Part shown: positions 18,944 through 28,673 of the stretch, one piece after another
How positions within the stretch are numbered: the first letter of the stretch is position 1
Layout of the letters: each line of letters starts with the position of its first letter
Notes under the pieces: model-generated
What the model was told of the DNA's origin: nothing
The model's input: only the letters and a program-made list of their open reading frames with translations
Databases searched by the model: none
Position numbers and translations under genes: made by a program
NCBI GenBank assembly: GCA_963793265.1
Contig: CAWBZI010000006.1
Coordinates: 896,001 to 960,000, forward strand
From: an uncultured cyanobacterium
Lineage (GTDB): Bacteria; Cyanobacteriota; Cyanobacteriia; Phormidesmidales; Phormidesmidaceae
DNA length: 64,000 nucleotides
Reading direction: 5' to 3'

Positions 18944-19126
18944 TCAGCTACACTCGCAAACAAATTCTCCCTTAGTGTCCCCGTCAAAAAGCCTCATATA
19001 ATGCAAAGCTCATTTGATACGACGAATTCAAGAAGTGAATTTCAATTAACTGACAAGAGAAGCTTCAATTTCTGACCTAGAACCTGTGAGATTTCAATGT
19101 TGCAATGTCTACCGAAATCACCACTG

Positions 19127-19372
19127 TTATAGTTCGTCGTAAGCAGCCATTTGAGGATGATTCCAATCTTCGGCAATAGCTTGTAGTCGAGATCGCAACT
19201 CAGCAGCCTGTTCTGCCCCTATTCCTCGGCTCACCAAATCCACCAAATTTTCAGCGCCCGATAGGCCCGCGTTCGTTTTTTCTTGTAAGAACTCAGCGAA
19301 CTTCAACACGGCTTGCTGTTTATCAGGTGCCAGGACGCGGATAGTTTCAAAGATTTGTTATTCAATTAGCAT
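19127..19372 (-). pseudogene. DUF2281-like antitoxin interrupted by an early in-frame TAA
   Basis: ATG 19372 reads MLIE*QIFETIRVLAPDKQQAVLKFAEFLQEK...EDWNHPQMAAYDEL; the stop is at 19358-19360. Confidence 0.65.
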
Positions 19373-19468
19373 ATCTAACTCTGTCAAATAACTATGATAT
19401 GAAGGATGGCAGAAGATAGCCGACTCATTCCGCTGACTATGCAAAACGCCTTCTTACAACATTTGCGC

Positions 19469-19497
19469 TTGCGTCTCCGTAAAAATACGCCTATCAT
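19469..19497 (+). promoter_or_regulatory. sigma70-type promoter
   Basis: TTGCGT-17 nt-TATCAT. Confidence 0.7.
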
Positions 19498-19502
19498 CAT
19501 CT

Positions 19503-19760
19503 CTAAGGTTGTGATGCGGGCTTTCGTACCGCGCTGCACCTTCTCAGAACTCAAAAAGACTAAGCACCGTTGGTAAGTGCTGACACACCTACCAACGGCT
19601 AACGCACAGGATTCCTAAGCAATCCCGGACGCCTAAGGGTCACGATAACCTTTAGTCACCCCGATTTGCACGTCATCTTCGGATGGCATTTCTGTGGTCG
19701 GCTAAGAATTCGCGAGTTCTGGGTTTCCTTACCCTCACCTAAAAACGGAACCCCAGAAAT
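19503..19760 (+). ncRNA. Putative structured 5' leader / ncRNA of unknown family
   Basis: Six predicted hairpins between the promoter and ATG, including a 9-bp perfect stem (19567-19598) and a cUUCGg tetraloop (19672-19687). Confidence 0.55.
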
Positions 19761-19761
19761 C

Positions 19762-20001
19762 ATGTTCACCCTTTCTCCCCAGGTCGCCTTCGCGTCCACC
19801 GTTCCTCACGACAACAAACCTGTTGCCCAAGCCGAGCCTATTTGTCACACCCTAAAAGGTAGCCTCAGCGCCATCAAAGCCACCATCCGGCTACTGTACA
19901 AACTCAACTACGCCGAACCCGGCGACTGGAGTCCACCGCAACCCACCGACCGACACAACGAATTCATATCTGTTCTAAAGCGACGAGTAACCGTAGGCTA
20001 G
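19762..20001 (+). CDS. Small hypothetical protein (79 aa)
   Basis: EPICHTLKGSLSAIKATIRLLYKLNYAEPGDWSPPQPT...EFISVL resembles a cyanobacterial small-protein family; bounded by promoter and terminator. Confidence 0.72.
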   Translation: MFTLSPQVAFASTVPHDNKPVAQAEPICHTLKGSLSAIKATIRLLYKLNYAEPGDWSPPQPTDRHNEFISVLKRRVTVG

Positions 20002-20018
20002 CTACTGGTATTGAACTG

Positions 20019-20055
20019 CCGAGGCGGGGGCTAAGAAGTCCTCGCTCGCTTTTCT
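20019..20055 (+). terminator. Intrinsic terminator after the small ORF
   Basis: GCGGGGGCT-AAGA-AGTCCTCGC followed by a T-rich tail. Confidence 0.6.
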
Positions 20056-20150
20056 ATGCGTATCTTGGTGAAGCGCTGCTTAAGTACAACAGAAGGTTGA
20101 TCTGAGGAAGTTTGCAGCGCAGCATGTTTGTTTGCCTGAGCATCTCTTAA

Positions 20151-20180
20151 AACAAAACCCTAAACCATAACGGCTCAGGG
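20151..20180 (-). terminator. Terminator downstream of tRNA-Phe
   Basis: Minus strand reads CCCTGAGCC-GTTAT-GGTTTAGGG-TTTTGTT. Confidence 0.6.
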
Positions 20181-20213
20181 ACTGCTTCAACTATTTATTC
20201 AACAATTGGCCGA

Positions 20214-20286
20214 TGCCAGGAGGCGGACTTGAACCGCCGACACGAGGATTTTCAATCCACTGCTCTACCAGCTGAGCTATCCCGGC
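20214..20286 (-). tRNA. trnF: tRNA-Phe (GAA), CCA not encoded
   Basis: GCCGGGATAGCTCAGCTGGTAGAGCAGTGGATTGAAAATCCTCGTGTCGGCGGTTCAAGTCCGCCTCCTGGCA folds as a cloverleaf. Confidence 0.96.
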
Positions 20287-20435
20287 TTGCGCGTTTTGCG
20301 CTTAACCAAAGTAGCAAACTAGGGGGACGCAAGCAAGCAAGTTTTTCAAGGGTCAGCCAATTGAGTGAAATCCTCAGTTTTGATTGACACCGACCCTCAA
20401 GTAATGCTGCAAACCACCTAGCTTGAATAGCAGCG

Positions 20436-20870
20436 CTATTGGATAGGACGCAGTCGAGCGACTTTGAGTGAGAAGGGGCCTGCGCCGCCACCTGCATAGG
20501 AGCGAATGCGAATGGTGTATTTGCCGGTTTCGCTGATGCGAGCAAAGAGCAGAGAATTGGTAGAGCCGTCGGGGCCGTCGTCGTTTTCGCTGACGGTAAT
20601 GCCGTTTCCATCCATGAGGGTGACGAGGGTATCAAATTCGTCAGAGATGGCGTCGATGGTGATTTGATCGCCTGATTCTAAATCGACTACGTAGTCGCGA
20701 GCAAAGCCGCCAAAGCCTGTAGGAATATCAGAGGTAGAGAGCGTATCTTTGATCTCTTCGGTGCTGATGTCCTCTGGGTTGTACATTTGCGCTGACGCTT
20801 TAGTCGCACTAAGGCCCATAGATAGCACGAGAGCAGGAACGAGAAGCGACAGGAATCTGGTGGGTTTCAT
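20436..20870 (-). CDS. Secreted PPC (pre-peptidase C-terminal) domain protein
   Basis: Signal peptide; SDEFDTLVTL, ENDDGPDGSTNS, GKYTIRIRSY. Confidence 0.82.
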   Translation of the reverse strand: MKPTRFLSLLVPALVLSMGLSATKASAQMYNPEDISTEEIKDTLSTSDIPTGFGGFARDYVVDLESGDQITIDAISDEFDTLVTLMDGNGITVSENDDGPDGSTNSLLFARISETGKYTIRIRSYAGGGAGPFSLKVARLRPIQ

Positions 20871-21059
20871 ACTGAAGTTAAATTTAGATGTGCTGGTCAA
20901 AAAAAGGGTGAACGCTACCAATATGCCCGAGAAATATACTCACAACTATTGATAGCGACAGTATAAACCGTCCATTTTACGGACGCTTAATGAGAGCAAG
21001 CTTAGCGGCATTTGGCGTTCTTAAATGTTCAATGCCGCCGTACTAAAGACTAAGGACAG

Positions 21060-21293
21060 CTAAGGCTCGCTAGAAGGCGCTTCAGGCTTGTAATAGTCAT
21101 CGGCGGTAATGTTCGCCGCTTTGCCCTGTTCGTTAATGCAGCCAGCTTTCTTGTTGAACTGACACACTCTGGCCCAAAGCTTGGCGCGGGTGCCCTGGGG
21201 GCCAGAGGAAAAGATGACGCGATCGCCGCCAGCAGCACCCGCGATAATTTGAACGCTGCAAATCGGACAGGTTTGAGTCGTGGGTTCTGCCAT
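21060..21293 (-). CDS. Small Cys-containing hypothetical protein
   Basis: CPIC...DRVIFSSGPQGTRAKLWARVC...CIN. Confidence 0.7.
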   Translation of the reverse strand: MAEPTTQTCPICSVQIIAGAAGGDRVIFSSGPQGTRAKLWARVCQFNKKAGCINEQGKAANITADDYYKPEAPSSEP

Positions 21294-21408
21294 AACACGA
21301 AAGAGATGATAGGGTCTAAAAAAATCCTTCAGAGTGAAGAAGGGAACGAACAAGGCCGTAGCCAATAATGAACTAGCGTATCAAAACACCGGCTTTTACA
21401 ACATACAT

Positions 21409-21933
21409 ATGGCGCTTCCAAAACGTTTCTCCAAAAAATCGGGATTTTCTAAGCCAAATCAGCCGTCAGGCGATGTGCCTGCTTCAATGAAAAGGTTGCG
21501 CCAGCTTAGTCATCTGCTCGACAACGCGATCGCTCTCCCCGGCACAGACATTCGCTTCGGACTAGACCCCATTCTGGGCCTAGTGGGTGCAGACGTACTC
21601 ACCGGACTGGTATCGGTATATATCGTATTTGAAGGAGCCCGGATGGGCCTGCCTGCTGCGACCATAGGGCGTATGGGATTCAATATTGTGCTCGATACGC
21701 TCACCGGGCTAGTGCCTGTGCTCGGAGACTTATTCGATGTGACCTGGAAGGCAAACGCCCAAAACGTCGCGCTTTTAGAAAAGCATTTGGCCAATCCTGA
21801 GCCTAGCCGGGCAGCTGATAGAGTGTTTGCCTTTTTGGTGATTGCAGCGCTGCTGGCGCTGGTAGTTGGGATGGCCGTGTTCTCGGTGTGGGTGATTAGT
21901 CAGGTGTTTGGGTTTTTGACAGGCCCACGATAG
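21409..21933 (+). CDS. DUF4112 family membrane protein
   Basis: LLDNAIALPGT..RFGLDPILGL, VPVLGDLFDVTWKAN. Confidence 0.85.
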   Translation: MALPKRFSKKSGFSKPNQPSGDVPASMKRLRQLSHLLDNAIALPGTDIRFGLDPILGLVGADVLTGLVSVYIVFEGARMGLPAATIGRMGFNIVLDTLTGLVPVLGDLFDVTWKANAQNVALLEKHLANPEPSRAADRVFAFLVIAALLALVVGMAVFSVWVISQVFGFLTGPR

Positions 21934-22041
21934 GAGCAGAGGTAAGCGCTAAAACCTGCTCTTAATCCTTAGCCGCTTTTAATTCTTAACAGAGGGAATG
22001 GCTGTGGCATAATAATTCGGCTCCTTGCCGCTAGGTTTTAG

Positions 22042-23214
22042 ATGACAGCTAAGCAGTTTACTGCGGATATTTCTGGGCCTGACCAGTCGGTTGAGCTGGA
22101 GGTTTCGGTGCCCGAGGCAGAAAGCAGCCTCTCTGACTATGAGTTTCATCAGCAGGTAGATGTGGCCTGGCAGGTGTGTGATCGCTTCGATTTGCAAACA
22201 GATATCTGGCGCGGTCGCATACTGCGCGTTGTGCGCGATAGAGAAAAACGCGGTGGCACAGCAGATGTGGAGAATAAGGAAGGTGAGAAAAGCGGCGATA
22301 CCGGCGGTGTCGGCTTTCTCAACTGGCTTAAAGATAGAGACGTGAGTAAAAGCCAGGCTTACGTTCTAATTGATCTAGCCAACAGCGCCGATCAGATGCT
22401 CGAAGAAGGACTGATTGAAACCAAAGACGTGAATCGTTTTAGCAAGCGAGCCTTTATGGAAACGGCTCAAGCCTCGCCAGAAGTGCAGCAAATTGTCAGC
22501 GAAGCGGCCCGCAGAGGCGATCAGATTACGCGCAAAGAAGTTAAAAACCTGTCCGATGATTGGACAGCGATGAACTCAGACTTAATTCCTGAATCTGTGC
22601 GAGAAAAGGCCGCAGATAACACTATTCCTTCTCGCTATCTGGCCCCGCTGGTAAAAGAGATGGAGAAGCTGCCAGTTTCTCATCAGCAGACGCTCAAAAA
22701 CGAGATTGATGAGAATCCTGATGTAGACATGCTTAAGCAGGTGACCGCCGAAGCTAAGTACCTGTCTCGGTATATAGAGGCGGCGGCTCAGGTGCGATCG
22801 CTCGACCCCGAACAAATCAACTTAGAACTCGCCCTGGACGAAGCCCTTAGAGTCGGGTGTCTAAACTCAGCCGCCGATTTGGTCAATCAGGCCACTCAGC
22901 TAGAGCAGGCCACCGTCAAGCTCTACACCGCCTGGAAACGCATGAATAAGCTTTCAGATCGCGTGTATGTAGACAGCGGCGAAAGCACACCGCATCTTAG
23001 AGCATTGCTCGCGGCCCTGACGCCTTTATGCAGCGAATTTATCGAAGTGCAGCTTGGTGAAACGAACAGCCCCACCTCTCGCCAAATTCGGCTTAGGATG
23101 CTTAGCGATGAAATGACGCCAGAGACAAATGTTACAGATTCTAGCGCTGAGCATAACGGAGCTGCACTAAAGCGCCCAGAATCCCCAATCGACGTGCCTA
23201 GTGAAGCGGTTTGA
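22042..23214 (+). CDS. Conserved cyanobacterial hypothetical protein
   Basis: Long ORF; AWQVCDRFDLQTDIWRGRILR motif. Confidence 0.8.
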   Translation: MTAKQFTADISGPDQSVELEVSVPEAESSLSDYEFHQQVDVAWQVCDRFDLQTDIWRGRILRVVRDREKRGGTADVENKEGEKSGDTGGVGFLNWLKDRDVSKSQAYVLIDLANSADQMLEEGLIETKDVNRFSKRAFMETAQASPEVQQIVSEAARRGDQITRKEVKNLSDDWTAMNSDLIPESVREKAADNTIPSRYLAPLVKEMEKLPVSHQQTLKNEIDENPDVDMLKQVTAEAKYLSRYIEAAAQVRSLDPEQINLELALDEALRVGCLNSAADLVNQATQLEQATVKLYTAWKRMNKLSDRVYVDSGESTPHLRALLAALTPLCSEFIEVQLGETNSPTSRQIRLRMLSDEMTPETNVTDSSAEHNGAALKRPESPIDVPSEAV

Positions 23215-23411
23215 GAAGGAAGTAGCCAATAGGTAGAGGCACCTGAGAGCCCTGATCAGCGTCAATAAGATTTACCGATAGATTGCGCGTCTATTCATAT
23301 GACTGGCCCTATCACCTTTCCCGTTGTGATTCTGATACGCTATAAGGAAAGATGAATTGGTAAGAACTATTAAGTAGAGCCGATTTATACTCAACCCAGG
23401 ATGAAACAATC

Positions 23412-24107
23412 ATGCCAACCCTTGAAGCCAGCCCAGTGATGGACTTCCAGAGTGAAACCTATAAGGATGCTTACAGCCGCATTAACGCGATTGTCATTGA
23501 AGGAGAACTCGAAGCTAACGACAACTACAAGCAGTTAGCTGAGCGCCTAAACGAGCATAAGGACGAGCTGATTAAGCTAGCTCGAATGGAAACTAAGCAC
23601 ATGAAAGGCTTTCAAGCCTGCGGCAAAAACCTTAGCGTTACGCCCAACATGCCGTTTGCTAAAGAATTCTTTGCTAAGCTACACAACAATTTTCAAACGG
23701 CCTACGCCGACGGCAAAATTGTTACCTGTCTGCTGATTCAGTCTTTGATTATTGAGACATTTGCGATCGCAGCCTACAACATCTACATCCCCGTCGCTGA
23801 CGACTTCGCTCGCAAAATTACCGAAGGCGTTGTCAAAGACGAATATATGCACCTCAACTTTGGCGAAGAGTGGCTCAAGGCCAACTTTGAAACCGCTAAA
23901 GCAGAGCTAGAAGCAGCCAACCGCGCTAACTTGCCGCTGGTGTGGACAATGCTTAACGAAGTTGCCACCGACGCGGCTGTACTGGGCATGGAAAAAGACG
24001 CCCTCGTCGAAGACTTCATGATTACCTACGGCGAAGCGCTTGGTAATATCGGCTTCAGCGCCCGCGAGGTCATGAAGCTATCTGCTCAGGGTCTTGCGGC
24101 TGTCTAA
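23412..24107 (+). CDS. ado: Aldehyde-deformylating oxygenase
   Basis: [16 protein letters not shown]; ExxH di-iron motifs (METKH, DEYMH). Confidence 0.96.
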   Translation: MPTLEASPVMDFQSETYKDAYSRINAIVIEGELEANDNYKQLAERLNEHKDELIKLARMETKHMKGFQACGKNLSVTPNMPFAKEFFAKLHNNFQTAYADGKIVTCLLIQSLIIETFAIAAYNIYIPVADDFARKITEGVVKDEYMHLNFGEEWLKANFETAKAELEAANRANLPLVWTMLNEVATDAAVLGMEKDALVEDFMITYGEALGNIGFSAREVMKLSAQGLAAV

Positions 24108-24253
24108 ATAGCTGTATAGATGTCTGTGCTGCGGCCCTGCTTTGTTCATTCGGGCAGGGCCAATTTTCTTCTAGTTGCCGCCGGGTGACGCTATATTCGG
24201 TTCTTTTTCAATCCCATTACTTTTAACGCATAAAACGACGTTACTAACCCTGA

Positions 24254-25273
24254 ATGTTTGGTTTAATCGGTCATCTCACAAGCTTAGAACATGCTAAATC
24301 TGTGGCTCACGATTTGGGATATCCCGAATATGCCGACCAGGACTTAGACTTTTGGTGCAGTGCGCCGCCGCAGATCGTCGACCACTTCAAGGTCACCAGC
24401 GCTACGGGTCAAACCATTGAAGGTAAGTACGTCGAATCTTGTTTTTTGCCAGAGATGCTAGCCCATCGCCGCATTAAAGCAGCCACTCGCAAAATTTTGA
24501 ACGCGATGGCCCACGCCCAAAAGAACGGCATCAACATCACAGCATTGGGCGGATTTTCCTCCATCATTTTTGAAAACTTTAACCTGGATCAAATTAAGCG
24601 CGTTCGCAATCTGGATCTAGACTTCAAAAAGTTCACAACGGGCAACACGCACACTGCCTACATCATTTGCAAGCAGGTAGAAGAAGCCGCTCCTAAGTAC
24701 GGCATCGATCTAACCAAAGCTACCGTGGCCGTCTGTGGGGCCACTGGTGATATTGGTAGCGCCGTGTGCCGATGGCTCAAAGCTCGCACGGGCGTAAAAG
24801 AGCTGCTGCTCGTCGCCCGTAATCAAGAGCGGCTCAACAACCTGAAAACAGAGCTAGATTTTGGCACAGTCGTGCCGATGGATGAAGCGCTACCCCAGGC
24901 AGATGTGGTGGTGTGGGTGGCAAGTTTGCCCAAAGGCTTAGATGTAGACGTGACCACGCTCAAGCAGCCTTGTTTGATGGTAGATGGCGGCTATCCCAAA
25001 AATATTGACGTGGCCTTTGCACATCCTGGCGTTCATGTGCTCAAAGGTGGCATTGTGGAGCACTCGCTAGATATTGACTGGCACATCATGAATATTGTAA
25101 ACATGGACGTGCCGGGCCGTCAGCTATTTGCCTGTTTTGCAGAGTCGATGCTGCTGGAGTTTGAAAAGCTCCACACCAACTTTTCATGGGGTCGCAATCA
25201 AATCACACTAGAAAAGATGGATTTAATCGGTGAAGCTTCGCGACGTCACGGATTTAGACCACTGCTCACCTAA
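24254..25273 (+). CDS. aar: Long-chain acyl-ACP reductase
   Basis: [39 protein letters not shown]. Confidence 0.96.
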   Translation: MFGLIGHLTSLEHAKSVAHDLGYPEYADQDLDFWCSAPPQIVDHFKVTSATGQTIEGKYVESCFLPEMLAHRRIKAATRKILNAMAHAQKNGINITALGGFSSIIFENFNLDQIKRVRNLDLDFKKFTTGNTHTAYIICKQVEEAAPKYGIDLTKATVAVCGATGDIGSAVCRWLKARTGVKELLLVARNQERLNNLKTELDFGTVVPMDEALPQADVVVWVASLPKGLDVDVTTLKQPCLMVDGGYPKNIDVAFAHPGVHVLKGGIVEHSLDIDWHIMNIVNMDVPGRQLFACFAESMLLEFEKLHTNFSWGRNQITLEKMDLIGEASRRHGFRPLLT

Positions 25274-25376
25274 GACTCTTACCTAAGCACCTCACTGATC
25301 TATCAGGCTTCGGGTTTCCTATAGATTCGACAATTACGGTAATCTAGAGTCACTGCTACTGAGCGCTATATCCCCC

Positions 25377-26351
25377 ATGGCAACGACTGAACGTAGGCCA
25401 ATCTTGCTGGACTTTGAAAAGCCACTAGCCGAGCTGGAGTCTAGAATCACCCAAATTCGAGATTTGGCCGAGGACAATGACGTAGATGTTTCTAAGGAAA
25501 TTTACGAGCTAGAGTCGCGGGCTCAGCAGCTACGGCAGGAGATTTTCACCAGTCTATCGCCCTCCCAGCGGATTCAGGTTGCCCGGCATCCGCGTCGGCC
25601 CAGTACGCTCGACTATATTCAGGCGGTGAGCGATGAGTGGATAGAGCTGCACGGCGATCGCCGCTCCGGCAAGGATGATCTGGCCTTAGTCGGTGGCATT
25701 GCCCGTTTTGAGGGCCGTCCGGTGATGATGATGGGCCATCAAAAAGGGCGTGATACCAAAGACAATGTGGCACGTAATTTTGGCATGCCCGTGCCCGGTG
25801 GCTATCGGAAGGCGATGCGGCTGATGGAACATGCCAATCGGTTTGGGATGCCGATTATGACGTTTATTGATACGCCGGGCGCTTGGCCAGGCTTTGAAGC
25901 AGAAGAAATGGGTCAGGGGGAGGCGATCGCCTACAACCTCAGGGAAATGTTTCGGCTAGACGTGCCGATTATTTGCACCGTGATTGGTGAAGGCGGCTCG
26001 GGAGGTGCATTGGGCATTGGGGTGGGCGATCGCCTGCTGATGTTCGAGCATTCTGTTTACTACGTGGCGAGCCCTGAAGCCTGCGCCTCTATTTTGTGGA
26101 AAGATGCTTCGCGCTCAGCCCAGGCCGCTGAAGCTCTAAAGGTGACCGCTTGGGACTTAAAGAGTCTTGGCATTTTAGATCAGCTATTGCCAGAGCCGAT
26201 TGGTGGTGCTCATGCCGCGCCGATTGAGGCGGCAAATACGCTGCAGCAGGCGCTTGCACAAAATTTGAACGTACTGCTAGAGCTGAGCCCAGAGCAGCGG
26301 CGATCGGAGCGCTATAACAAGTTTCGGCAGATTGGTGCTTATACCGAATAG
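25377..26351 (+). CDS. accA: Acetyl-CoA carboxylase carboxyltransferase alpha subunit
   Basis: [32 protein letters not shown]. Confidence 0.96.
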   Translation: MATTERRPILLDFEKPLAELESRITQIRDLAEDNDVDVSKEIYELESRAQQLRQEIFTSLSPSQRIQVARHPRRPSTLDYIQAVSDEWIELHGDRRSGKDDLALVGGIARFEGRPVMMMGHQKGRDTKDNVARNFGMPVPGGYRKAMRLMEHANRFGMPIMTFIDTPGAWPGFEAEEMGQGEAIAYNLREMFRLDVPIICTVIGEGGSGGALGIGVGDRLLMFEHSVYYVASPEACASILWKDASRSAQAAEALKVTAWDLKSLGILDQLLPEPIGGAHAAPIEAANTLQQALAQNLNVLLELSPEQRRSERYNKFRQIGAYTE

Positions 26352-26553
26352 TTTTATGGCCGGTAATTCTTAGATGCATTCGGCGATCGCGACAGCTCGA
26401 TTCACTCATCCGTGACCGTTACCAGTTAACATTTATTTACGAGAATATCAATTTTTCTCATTTTGCCCTATCAAGCTCTGCGAGAGAGGCCCTATCAGGG
26501 CTGTTGAGTGGGCAACCTTTTAACGTTTGACTATCGATTAGGAAACACTTTTT

Positions 26554-27306
26554 ATGGCTATCTCCGACGGGATTCCGGCTGCTGATGGAGGCCAAAGCTT
26601 AAGCGACTACGCCCTCAAAGACGCAGGGCAAACCACCAATAGCAACGGCAAACCCAAAAGCCGCCCCGCTCGTGAAACCAAGCACGGCAGCACCACCCCT
26701 CGTCATCCTTCTGCCGTAGATCCCACCAAAGATAACGGCCCCATGATGGACGCCGTACGCACGATGCTGCTTTCTGTTGGAGAAGATCCTGAGCGTGAAG
26801 GGCTGCTTAAAACGCCCCATCGCGTTGCTGAGGCCATGCGTTTTCTCACCCAGGGCTATTCTCAGTCATTAGAAACCATCGTTAACGACGCCATTTTTGA
26901 CGAAGGGCATAACGAAATGGTGCTGGTGCGCGACATTAACTTTTTTAGCCTGTGTGAGCACCACATGCTGCCGTTTATGGGCCGCGCGCACGTCGCCTAC
27001 ATTCCCAATCAAAGGGTAGTTGGTCTTAGCAAACTCGCCCGCATCGTGGAAATGTACGCTCGCCGGTTGCAGGTACAAGAGCGCCTGAACCGTCAGATTG
27101 CAGAAGCTGTACAGGAAATATTAGATCCGTTAGGCGTTGCGGTCGTGATGGAAGCAAGCCATATGTGTATGGCAATGCGAGGCGTACAAAAGCCGGGGTC
27201 TTGGACGGTGACGAGTGCGATGGTGGGCGTTTTTGATGAAGATGCCAAAGCCCGAGAGGAGTTTTTGAGTCTGATTCGTCACCAGCCAGGATTTGCTAAC
27301 TATTAG
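26554..27306 (+). CDS. folE: GTP cyclohydrolase I
   Basis: [33 protein letters not shown]. Confidence 0.95.
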   Translation: MAISDGIPAADGGQSLSDYALKDAGQTTNSNGKPKSRPARETKHGSTTPRHPSAVDPTKDNGPMMDAVRTMLLSVGEDPEREGLLKTPHRVAEAMRFLTQGYSQSLETIVNDAIFDEGHNEMVLVRDINFFSLCEHHMLPFMGRAHVAYIPNQRVVGLSKLARIVEMYARRLQVQERLNRQIAEAVQEILDPLGVAVVMEASHMCMAMRGVQKPGSWTVTSAMVGVFDEDAKAREEFLSLIRHQPGFANY

Positions 27307-27394
27307 CCCGCTACGATTCATCCAAAAGCGATAAAAGAAAGTCTTCATTACGTCGCCTTCCATTTTTTGAGCACCAACGATAAAGTTGGAGTGA

Positions 27395-27898
27395 TTGATG
27401 ACCTTCACAGTTGAACCTATCGTTATGACAACCAGCGCACCTATCGTTGAGAACCTTTCGAGCCTTGAAGAAGGTGACGACAATACGCCCGCTAGCCCGA
27501 TAGAAGTGATCGAAACGGTTATTTCTAGCCTGGAGCAGGAGGGCTCGGCGATGGTCAATCGCTCAGAGAGCGGCCATCTGTGGAAGTTCAAATACGGTAC
27601 GGTTGATGTATTCGTACAGCTATCGGGCGAAACCGATGACGATACGTTGACTACATGGTCGCCAGTACACAAGCTGCCCGTGCAAAACGAGCCTGATATG
27701 ATGCGCCGTTTGCTAGAGCTAAACTGCGGCAGCACGTTTGAAGCTTGCTTTGGCCTGATTGATCAAAGCGTGGTGGTGTTTGCAGCGCGTACGCTTAAAG
27801 ATATTAGCCCTAGCGAAATTTCTCGGCTAATGACGATTGTGGCTTCGATTGCCGATGAAAATGACGAAGTGCTTTTGAAGGACTACCCATCTGCTTAA
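27395..27898 (+). CDS. YbjN-like (T3SS chaperone fold) protein
   Basis: WKFKYGTVDVFVQL, MRRLLELN, SEISRLMTIVASIAD; start uncertain. Confidence 0.78.
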   Translation: MMTFTVEPIVMTTSAPIVENLSSLEEGDDNTPASPIEVIETVISSLEQEGSAMVNRSESGHLWKFKYGTVDVFVQLSGETDDDTLTTWSPVHKLPVQNEPDMMRRLLELNCGSTFEACFGLIDQSVVVFAARTLKDISPSEISRLMTIVASIADENDEVLLKDYPSA

Positions 27899-28652
27899 AC
27901 CGATCTCTCAAGGTAAAGCCTGGCGAGCTATTCCCTTAATGGAGGGAACAGGTATTGAGCAAATGGCGATTGATAGCTGGCTGCTCGATCAGCATGTGAA
28001 GGGATTGCAGCCGCCAAGCCTGCGATTTTATACCTGGAGCAAACCCACTATTTCGCTGGGATACCATCAGCGCCAGTTTCCCGAGAGCTGGAACAAGTTG
28101 CAGTGGCACGAGCACCCGATAGATCTCGTCCGCAGACCTACTGGCGGCAGAGCGGTATTGCACCAAGGCGATCTAACTTATGCCCTGGTTACATCAGGAT
28201 TAAAAGGCTCACGCAGAGATGTTTATCAACAGCTCTGTCAATTTTTGATTGAAGGCTGGCGCGATTTAGGTGTAGCGCTTTCGTTTGGCACAGCGGGACG
28301 GGGATACATCCATAATCCAAATTGCTTTGGCACAGCGACAGCGGCAGACTTAGTAACAGCAGACGGCTACAAGCTCATTGGCAGCGCTCAGGTTTACCGT
28401 GACGGCTGTGTGTTGCAGCATGGCTCTATACGACTACAGCCTAACGTTGAGCTGTTTGAGGCGGTATTTGGTGAGAAGCTAACAACATCGATCGGGAAAT
28501 TGGAATTAAATCAGGTTACGACAGCACTGGTAAAGGCGGCTAGCCGTAGCTTTGGAGTTGAGTTTGAGACGCGATCGCTCACAACAGCCGAACGAAAAGA
28601 CGCGCTTACAAATCACTGGCTAGAACTTGATCGGCACTCAAACCAAAGCTAA
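27891..28652 (+). CDS. Lipoate-protein ligase / octanoyltransferase (LplA/LipM family); probable CTG start
   Basis: QMAID, SLGYHQ, RRPTGGRAVLH, KLIGSAQ, QHGS; the conserved WRxIP lies upstream of the first ATG (27939). Confidence 0.85.
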   Translation: MLKPISQGKAWRAIPLMEGTGIEQMAIDSWLLDQHVKGLQPPSLRFYTWSKPTISLGYHQRQFPESWNKLQWHEHPIDLVRRPTGGRAVLHQGDLTYALVTSGLKGSRRDVYQQLCQFLIEGWRDLGVALSFGTAGRGYIHNPNCFGTATAADLVTADGYKLIGSAQVYRDGCVLQHGSIRLQPNVELFEAVFGEKLTTSIGKLELNQVTTALVKAASRSFGVEFETRSLTTAERKDALTNHWLELDRHSNQS

Positions 28653-28673
28653 GAAACAAACGTCGCTCTTATC

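Noticed and set aside
19025..19110. Several (A/G)(T/C)TTCAAT and GTTGCAAT words reminiscent of cyanobacterial CRISPR repeat ends
   Set aside because: The matches are only about 8 nt with irregular spacing. There is no full-length repeat and no cas genes.
19666..19761. ORF-track N-terminal extension (TTG 19666) of the small ORF
   Set aside because: It runs through RNA hairpins and has no SD. ATG 19762 is the better start.
17100..20213. Integrated element with an att duplication of the tRNA-Phe 3' end
   Set aside because: No duplicated tRNA fragment, integrase or transposase was found by eye.
27130..27735. 201-aa antisense ORF and the many other short opposite-strand ORFs in the track
   Set aside because: These are shadows of well-supported genes on the other strand, with no recognisable motifs.
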